From assembly GCF_963674485.2 (NCBI RefSeq), contig NZ_CAXXKW010000002.1: 24,000 nucleotides of DNA. One strand, 5' to 3'. Origin of the DNA: an uncultured Methanolobus sp. Lineage in GTDB: Archaea > Halobacteriota > Methanosarcinia > Methanosarcinales > Methanosarcinaceae. This document shows, piece by piece, positions 18,422 through 24,000 of the stretch (positions are counted from its first letter, which is position 1; each line of letters starts with the position of its first letter). Both the position numbers and the translations under genes were made by a program. The notes under the pieces are model-generated. The model did no database searches and had not been told where the DNA came from. It was given only the letters and a program-made list of their open reading frames with translations.

Positions 18422-18454
18422 GCTACTCTGCCCATTGCACTACTGTGATTTTAC

Positions 18455-19276
18455 ATGGCAAAGATTGGATTTATTAAACTCGGTAACTTAGGTATGAGCC
18501 AGGTCATAGACCTCGTTCAGGATGAGATTGCAGCAAGAGAAGGAATTACTATCCGTTCTTTTGGAACCGGTCCTAAAATGGGCAAAGACGAAGCAGCAGC
18601 AACAGCAGAACTCAAAAACTTCGATGCTGACTTCTACGTAATGATCAGCCCAAACTCAAGCGCACCAGGTCCAACCGCAGCTCGTGAGATATACAAGGAT
18701 GTTCCATGTATCGTTATCTCAGACGGTCCAACAAAGAAGGAAGACCGCGCAGCACTTGAGGAAGCTGGCTTTGGTTACATTATCATGACCGTTGACCCGC
18801 TCATCGGTGCAAAGACCGAGTTCCTTGACGCTGTAGAGATGGCATCATTCAACTCTGACGCAATGAAAGTGCTTTCAACCTGTGGTGTTGTAAGACTTAT
18901 TCAGGAAGAGCTCGACAAAGTTGCCGCAATGGCAGACGAAGGCAAGGCACTCGAACTTCCACACATTCTCGCAAAGCCAGAGAAGTGTATCGAGAGAGCA
19001 GGTTTCAACAACCCATACGCAAAGGCAAAGGCACTTGCAGCTCTTCACATGGCTGACATGGTCGCAAAGATTAACTTCCCTGCATGCTTCATGATGAAGG
19101 AGATCGAGCAGGTAACCCTCACAACAGCAGCAGGTCATGAGATGATGCGCGCAGCAGCACAGCTGGCAATCGACGCAAGAGAGATCGAGAAATCAAATGA
19201 CAATGTCTTCAGACAGCCACACGCAAAGAAAGGCCACCTGATGACCAAGACCGCTCTCTACGAGAAGCCACAGTAA
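18455..19276 (+). CDS. mtd: F420-dependent methylenetetrahydromethanopterin dehydrogenase
   Basis: 273 aa. The N-terminus MAKIGFIKLGNLG, the overall length and the sequence pattern match my recollection of Mtd. Codon usage looks like that of a highly expressed gene (GC3-rich relative to neighbours). Confidence 0.88.
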   Translation: MAKIGFIKLGNLGMSQVIDLVQDEIAAREGITIRSFGTGPKMGKDEAAATAELKNFDADFYVMISPNSSAPGPTAAREIYKDVPCIVISDGPTKKEDRAALEEAGFGYIIMTVDPLIGAKTEFLDAVEMASFNSDAMKVLSTCGVVRLIQEELDKVAAMADEGKALELPHILAKPEKCIERAGFNNPYAKAKALAALHMADMVAKINFPACFMMKEIEQVTLTTAAGHEMMRAAAQLAIDAREIEKSNDNVFRQPHAKKGHLMTKTALYEKPQ

Positions 19277-19307
19277 AGTACCTTCATGGTACTTACTTTT
19301 TCTTTTT
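19276..19307 (+). terminator. Hairpin plus two T5 tracts after mtd
   Basis: Stem aagtacc/ggtactt (19276-19282 / 19288-19294) with a 5-nt loop, followed by ttttt (19297-19301) and ttttt (19303-19307). Confidence 0.55.
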
Positions 19308-19487
19308 ATGGATGCTCTTTCTGTAATTCTGACCGCTATCGGTCTCTTTGTGTTATTTGTTCTCTTCACTGCCTATTTCCTTAAAAGTTACCTTGTCATG
19401 AATTCCAGTGGCAATGCAGGCGAGGAAAATGGGTCATTGAATAAAGAGGAACCGTCTGTTAGTCCTGAACTGGATGAGCAGAAGTGA
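19308..19487 (+). CDS. Possible small membrane protein (59 aa), below the ORF-track cutoff
   Basis: The ORF from ATG to TGA encodes MDALSVILTAIGLFVLFVLFTAYFLKSYLVMNSSGNAGEENGSLNKEEPSVSPELDEQK. That is one clear TM helix plus an acidic tail. No SD or promoter is visible, and it starts right after the T-tracts. Confidence 0.3.
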   Translation: MDALSVILTAIGLFVLFVLFTAYFLKSYLVMNSSGNAGEENGSLNKEEPSVSPELDEQK

Positions 19488-19490
19488 ATT

Positions 19491-19512
19491 AAAAAAGGCC
19501 GGGTAGTCCGGC
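19491..19512 (-). terminator. Hairpin plus T6 (on the minus strand) after the PK_C-like gene
   Basis: Stem gccgg/ccggc (19498-19502 / 19508-19512) with a 5-nt loop. A6 at 19491-19496 on the plus strand reads as T6 following the hairpin on the minus strand. Confidence 0.4.
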
Positions 19513-19537
19513 ATTGCATATATTCTGAACTGGAATT

Positions 19538-20131
19538 TTATTTTGGCTCTTCCTTAGCCCTTGGCATTGCTATTATTTCTCTTACCTGAAGGCCAAAGAA
19601 ATCAAAGGAATGTGCAGGTCTGACAACAACTGATACATCAGCTCCTTGTCTTGTTCCGCCGATTGCTATTATTTCTGTATCAAGGGACACAGGTATGTGG
19701 CCAGAATCAGCTGCCATCATTACGCACTCAAGTGCAACCTTGAATCCCTTTCCAAAGACTGTGCGTAATGTATCGGATATCACATCTGCACGGCTGGCGC
19801 CACCAATGCGCTTCTGAATAGCACGTTCCACGCCTGAGAACATGTGTGACTGGGTTGTCATTACAACACCAAGCTCGTTGAGTTTCTCAAGCTTGTCCTC
19901 GTCAACTTCCCATTTTCCACTTTCTTTCAGGCCGTACTGGTGGGTTATGGCGATAATCTTTACATCCTGGTCCTTGAATGCCTCTGCGGCTATGAGTGCA
20001 GTCTCCCCGCTTGTACTTGCCAGAACCACATGTTTTATTCCAAGTTCTGCTGCTCTTTTTGCAGATAATTTCATTACCTCTTCTGTATTTGCTTTACCAA
20101 CATCGTCAAAATATGTTATTGATTTATCCAC
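19538..20131 (-). CDS. Pyruvate-kinase C-terminal (alpha/beta) domain-like protein, function unknown
   Basis: The sequence ITYFDDVGKANTEEVMKLSAKRAAELGIKHVVLASTSGETA...IIAIGGT is typical of the stand-alone PK_C-like family. I prefer GTG 20131, with GGTGA 5 nt upstream, over the ORF-track TTG at 20200. Confidence 0.65.
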   Translation of the reverse strand: MDKSITYFDDVGKANTEEVMKLSAKRAAELGIKHVVLASTSGETALIAAEAFKDQDVKIIAITHQYGLKESGKWEVDEDKLEKLNELGVVMTTQSHMFSGVERAIQKRIGGASRADVISDTLRTVFGKGFKVALECVMMAADSGHIPVSLDTEIIAIGGTRQGADVSVVVRPAHSFDFFGLQVREIIAMPRAKEEPK

Positions 20132-20277
20132 GTTATCACCTTTGATTTCTGAATAACAATTGCTCTGCTTCTCACATATAAGTTTAATTAATGAACGCAA
20201 ACGATGCTCTTATCTATAAGCTGGCTGTTATATTAATATAAGGGAGTTTAGCAAGTCGTATTTTTAAAGGTGATAGT

Positions 20278-21024
20278 TTGGCAGTAACAGATTATGATAA
20301 TAACAATGTAAAGATCATAACCACAGATATAAAATCCGAAAATCCTGTTTTGGTAGAGGGTTTTCCGGGAATCGGTCTTGTAGGTAATATTGCAAGCCAG
20401 CAGATTATCGATGAACTGAAGATGGAATACCTGGGTTCCATTGACTCCAGGCATTTCCCGCCCATTGCGGTTCTCTACGAGGGTCTTATAAACATGCCTG
20501 TGCGGATATACGAAAGTGTTGAGCACAATATGGTGATGATCGTTTCGGATATACCTATCAATCCGGTAGTGGCCTATGATATAAGTAAAGCTCTTCTGGA
20601 ATGGGCACAATCCATCAATGTCAAGGAAATAGTCTCCCTCGCAGGCATTGCAACCATGAGCGAAGACCACAAGGTCTTTGGTGCTGCAACAACCCTTGAA
20701 ATGTTGGAAAGGATAAAGGACAAGGTAGAGCTTTTCCAGATGGGCACAATTTCCGGTATCTCCGGCAGTATCATGGGAGAATGCTTTGTGCGCAAAATGC
20801 CTGCGATAAGTCTCCTGGGTTCCACCATGAGCCAGAATCCCGATCCACGGGCGGCAGCAGTGGTAATTGATGTCCTGAACATTCTTTATGATTTAAAGAT
20901 CGATACTGAAAGTCTTATTGAACAGGCAGAGAAGATCGAGATCGAGATGCAGCGGCTGGCTGAGGATGTAAGGACCGCTGAACAGCCTACCGGACCAAGA
21001 AAAGAGTTCCCTATGTACGGGTGA
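20278..21024 (+). CDS. PAC2/Pba-like proteasome assembly chaperone family protein
   Basis: 248 aa. It has the PAC2-family N-terminus PVLVEGFPGIGLVGNIASQQIID. The extreme C-terminus ...FPMYG fits a HbYX (hydrophobic-Tyr-X) proteasome-docking motif. The start is TTG, with aggtga 4 nt upstream. Confidence 0.75.
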   Translation: MAVTDYDNNNVKIITTDIKSENPVLVEGFPGIGLVGNIASQQIIDELKMEYLGSIDSRHFPPIAVLYEGLINMPVRIYESVEHNMVMIVSDIPINPVVAYDISKALLEWAQSINVKEIVSLAGIATMSEDHKVFGAATTLEMLERIKDKVELFQMGTISGISGSIMGECFVRKMPAISLLGSTMSQNPDPRAAAVVIDVLNILYDLKIDTESLIEQAEKIEIEMQRLAEDVRTAEQPTGPRKEFPMYG

Positions 21025-21028
21025 TAAC

Positions 21029-21418
21029 ATGGAATATGTTGCTTTAACAGGAATATCTGAACGTGTTATATCTGAACTAAGGCAAAATAGGCTTCTTACT
21101 ATTGAAATAAGAAACCCTTATAATTTCATGGCTGCTCTGCATCTGAATGTAGGTGATATGTTATTACTTACGCACACAAGTCCTGAGGACCTTACAGGTG
21201 GAAGTATGGGGATAGTTGCAAAATTGGTCAGGCATCAGATATCGACTCATCGGCTGACGCAGAGCAATGAGCTTTACTATGAAGAACGTGAAACCACAAG
21301 TCTCAGGTTACAGCTTGACCCCAAATGTATTGCACGTGTGCGTAAAGTGCTGAACAATACGATGGGTGAAGCTACAAAGGTCGAGGCGGAAGAGATTCCT
21401 CTCTATAATGCCAGATAA
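21029..21418 (+). CDS. Hypothetical protein (129 aa)
   Basis: Intact ORF with its ATG 4 nt after the PAC2 stop, suggesting co-transcription. I recognise no motif. Confidence 0.55.
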   Translation: MEYVALTGISERVISELRQNRLLTIEIRNPYNFMAALHLNVGDMLLLTHTSPEDLTGGSMGIVAKLVRHQISTHRLTQSNELYYEERETTSLRLQLDPKCIARVRKVLNNTMGEATKVEAEEIPLYNAR

Positions 21419-21427
21419 AATACGAAT

Positions 21428-22054
21428 TCAGTCAAATGTTGCAGGGATATTCTTTAATCCCTCTTCTATTGTTTTTACCAATTCGTAACTGATACCAACA
21501 GGTACTTCTTCATTAGCATAGCCGCTATGTTTTCTTGAACCTTTGCATCCGTAGGATATGCCAATTCCTTCCTCAAGTGGTCTTGCAGTACAATCGCCGC
21601 ATATGGATGCTGCACCAATGGATTTTGATGTGATCCCTTCGCCGTAATGGTATGCATATGCCTGTATTATCTTCATCGCACTCTCCGGTTTGAGATAAAG
21701 TAAGAGTACATCGAATATCCCTTCGTTATCTTTCAAAGGCTCAATTCTTAGGGATTTAAATCCTTTTTTAATTCTTGGAAGGGAGTTCACCGCATTTTGT
21801 GCAGTCTTCATGTCTTTGTACCTGCGGGATTTCAGGTAATAGTCTGCCGGACCGTTTTCACTTATACCCAGTATATAATCTCCAGGCCTGCATCGCTGGT
21901 GTTCCATAAGGAATGATTCTCCTTCTCTTGCCATGTGTACAAGTTCACAGTACAGGAAGTCAGATGTGCTTCCTTCCTCTTCACAAAGCGTAATGCATAC
22001 AGGTTCGCCATGGTCCATGAGTGCCTTAATAATGGGGTATCTGCATGAGTTCAT
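21428..22054 (-). CDS. DUF169-family protein (COG2043-like)
   Basis: 208 aa and Cys-rich. Its pattern (…IGAASICGDCTARP…ISYGCKGSRKHSGY…) recalls the DUF169 family. The ATG overlaps the nfi stop (ATGA at 22051-22054). Confidence 0.6.
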   Translation of the reverse strand: MNSCRYPIIKALMDHGEPVCITLCEEEGSTSDFLYCELVHMAREGESFLMEHQRCRPGDYILGISENGPADYYLKSRRYKDMKTAQNAVNSLPRIKKGFKSLRIEPLKDNEGIFDVLLLYLKPESAMKIIQAYAYHYGEGITSKSIGAASICGDCTARPLEEGIGISYGCKGSRKHSGYANEEVPVGISYELVKTIEEGLKNIPATFD

Positions 22055-22782
22055 TCTTTGACCTCTTCTTCTGATGCTAGTTTCTTTACTTCATTTGCAT
22101 ACATATGCGCAAGCCTCGTAGGTTCGGGAAGCTTGTATCCTTTCAGACAGTGTTTTACAATTTCCAGGCAGCTTTCCAGGGATACTTTATGTCCGGGTGC
22201 AACTATTATGTGATTACTCCTTTTATTGCTTTTCAGTAACCAGCCAACCTGTTCCTCATTGTATATCAACTTCCGGGATTCTCCGACTTCTACGGGTGTT
22301 TCCCAAATGCCGCAAAGTGTCTTCTTCGAAACACCTATTGTCGGCACATCCATTACAACACCGAAGTAACTTGCCATTCCTGCTCTTGTCGGATGATTGA
22401 TGCCACAGGAATCAAACATTACCATGTCCGGCTTGTTCCCAAGTTCTAAAAAAGTAGATGCAATGGCTTTTCCTTCCCTGAAGTTCAGGTAGGTGGGAAT
22501 GTACGGAAAAACCACTTTCTGTACGGTATATTTCTTTTCTATGACTTCAAGGCTGTTATAGTCCAGGACAACCATAACACAGACGATCCTATCATCGAGG
22601 TATGCGCAGTCTGTGCCAGCTATCCTGTCTATATTCCCATAGCCATCCACAATACTCAAATTATGTATGGCTGTTTCCTGAAGGTTTCTGAGTTCTTTCA
22701 GTGTACGGGAACCGGGATTGAACCAGTGGTCCAGTTCGTTCTTATTCGATGGTTGCCCGTACAGTTGTGAATACCGGTCCAC
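22051..22782 (-). CDS. nfi: Endonuclease V
   Basis: Motifs are IAGTDCAY, FPYIPTYLNFREG and FDSCGINHPTRAGMASYFGVVMDVPTIGVSKK. The only available start is GTG 22782, which overlaps the sepS 3' end by 41 nt. Confidence 0.85.
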   Translation of the reverse strand: MDRYSQLYGQPSNKNELDHWFNPGSRTLKELRNLQETAIHNLSIVDGYGNIDRIAGTDCAYLDDRIVCVMVVLDYNSLEVIEKKYTVQKVVFPYIPTYLNFREGKAIASTFLELGNKPDMVMFDSCGINHPTRAGMASYFGVVMDVPTIGVSKKTLCGIWETPVEVGESRKLIYNEEQVGWLLKSNKRSNHIIVAPGHKVSLESCLEIVKHCLKGYKLPEPTRLAHMYANEVKKLASEEEVKE

Positions 22783-24000
22783 GGATGTCTATCTTCTTTT
22801 TGTTGCTTGTGATGTATCGCTGTGCAAGTGGCTCAAGACGGATGTTTATCTCAGAAGGCACTTTCACTATCCTTACTCTTGTCTCAACTTCGCTCTCACC
22901 GTTTGCAACAGCATCCTCTATGTCCTTTGCTGCCTGACATGCGAATGCATCAAGGAACCTCACGCCTGTCCTTGCGGAGTGATTCTCGAGTACTTCCTTC
23001 CATTTCTTGTTATCAGGTACTCCGAGAATGTCGCTGTTATAGGTGACCACTTCATTGAACACAGCAGGTCCGCAGAGTTTAGTTTCTTCCTCTGGCTCAA
23101 TGACTGCCACTTTTACTGTCTTTCCGTTGATGCTACCTTCCCATGCAGGGAACTCACATGGGCTTGGAGTTGCTGCATACTCTTCACAAACTGCTACAAT
23201 TGCTTTTACGATCTCTTTGCCTTCTGTGGTTTCCGGGACATTCTCCACGTATGTCATCCTTGCAAGCTCGTTATCGGTCATCTTCCACTCAGAATATTGT
23301 GGTATCTGTGGGTATGTGAGTGAACGGATGTCAGTTGCATCATGGAGTATCATTGCCAGTCTTTCTACTCCAAGTCCGAGGTTCATCACAGGGTAGGGTA
23401 TATTGTACTGGGAGAGGGCCGTAGGCGAGTAAATACCAAAGGTTGCTATCTCTATCCATCCGTCGGAGTATTTGGTCTTAGAACCGACCAGATTAGGATG
23501 ATATGCAAATACCTCTATCTGGGTGTCAGGCACATAGTATTTGCTGCGCTTGTCATCTGGCCTGAACATGAACTTCTCAAAACCGAACTGTGAAAGCAAG
23601 CCCTGCGCGACTGCCTTTCCGTGGTCGATGGTGACATTCTCATCCATTATCACACAGGATGCGGAGTAGTATGTCATGAGGCGTGCAGCGTCTTCATCCT
23701 GTTCCCTTCTGAAACAGCGGTCAATGGAGAAGAAATTGAATGGCGGGTTTGCACGTTCGATAACAGATGAAAGACTGATGAACCAGCCTGATGTCATATG
23801 ACTTCTGAGTGTCTTCTTTGTCGCCTGTGGTATGAGCTCTTTGAACTCAGGGAAAACCTGGTCTATCATCTCAACAACAAGTGAATCTGATATGCTTATT
23901 CCTGAGGCGATCTCCGGTACAAGGTCATCTCCTTCCACATCTCCTTTCTTGTATGCATGAAGGACCTTCCTGATGGTCTCAATGGCTTCATCATCAATAT
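22742..24000 (-). CDS. sepS: O-phosphoseryl-tRNA(Cys) synthetase (SepRS), N-terminus outside the window
   Basis: Class II aaRS motifs are present: FSIDRCFRREQ (motif 2) and NLGLGVERLAMIL (motif 3). The C-terminal anticodon-binding region is also present. The frame stays open from 23938 to 24000 (…IDDEAIETIRKVLHAYKKGD…), so the GTG at 23938 is internal. Confidence 0.9.
   Translation of the reverse strand, partial: IDDEAIETIRKVLHAYKKGDVEGDDLVPEIASGISISDSLVVEMIDQVFPEFKELIPQATKKTLRSHMTSGWFISLSSVIERANPPFNFFSIDRCFRREQDEDAARLMTYYSASCVIMDENVTIDHGKAVAQGLLSQFGFEKFMFRPDDKRSKYYVPDTQIEVFAYHPNLVGSKTKYSDGWIEIATFGIYSPTALSQYNIPYPVMNLGLGVERLAMILHDATDIRSLTYPQIPQYSEWKMTDNELARMTYVENVPETTEGKEIVKAIVAVCEEYAATPSPCEFPAWEGSINGKTVKVAVIEPEEETKLCGPAVFNEVVTYNSDILGVPDNKKWKEVLENHSARTGVRFLDAFACQAAKDIEDAVANGESEVETRVRIVKVPSEINIRLEPLAQRYITSNKKKIDIRGPVFTTVRATIE

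Noticed and set aside
20132-20200. Longer N-terminus from TTG 20200 for the PK_C-like protein
   Set aside because: GTG 20131 has a GGTGA Shine-Dalgarno 5 nt upstream, and the family as I recall it begins near the ...ITYFD... segment. The extension is probably not translated.
22718-23593. Plus-strand ORFs of up to 201 aa (22718-23323, 23043-23396, 23342-23593)
   Set aside because: They are antisense to the well-supported sepS and nfi genes. They are Cys/Leu/Phe-rich with no motifs and have mutually overlapping frames.
4311-24000. tRNA-Cys, serB (phosphoserine phosphatase) and sepS (phosphoseryl-tRNA synthetase) as one phosphoserine/cysteine functional island
   Set aside because: The three loci are separated by many unrelated genes on both strands and by an IS. 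No SepCysS gene is present. Co-occurrence within 24 kb is most simply coincidence.

Overview
Archaeal chromosomal window. Gene content (Mtd, SepRS, ArcTGT, archaeal-type rRNA operon) points to a Methanosarcinales-like methanogen; this placement is inference, with no search run. Positions 1-4532 hold the distal part of an rRNA operon in the order 16S (5'-truncated by the window), tRNA-Ala(UGC), 23S, tRNA-Cys(GCA), 5S. Long complementary spacer arms bracket the 23S, and oligo-T terminators follow the 5S. Just downstream is a ~1 kb insertion sequence (4585-5585) with 13-bp perfect terminal inverted repeats, an 8-bp target-site duplication and a decayed DDE transposase gene. The remainder is mostly single-copy genes: trkA-trkH (-); archaeosine tRNA-guanine transglycosylase (+); a tightly packed trio of UbiA-type prenyltransferase, GGR-like flavoprotein and radical-SAM/SPASM protein (+); a coiled-coil protein and serB (-). 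Next is a six-gene stressosome-like signalling cluster (+): PAS-STAS RsbR-like, RsbS-like, two RsbT-like kinases, RsbX-like PP2C, and a histidine kinase with an RsbU-N-like domain. After it come mtd (+), a PK_C-like protein (-), a PAC2/Pba-like chaperone plus a hypothetical (+), then DUF169, endonuclease V and a 5'-truncated SepRS gene (-). The most interesting content is the stressosome-type module in an archaeal context. It has a Cys-rich PAS input, a histidine-kinase output and an odd start/frame configuration at the kinase gene. The uncharacterised prenyltransferase/reductase/radical-SAM trio is second. No CRISPR array or recognisable defence genes were seen.
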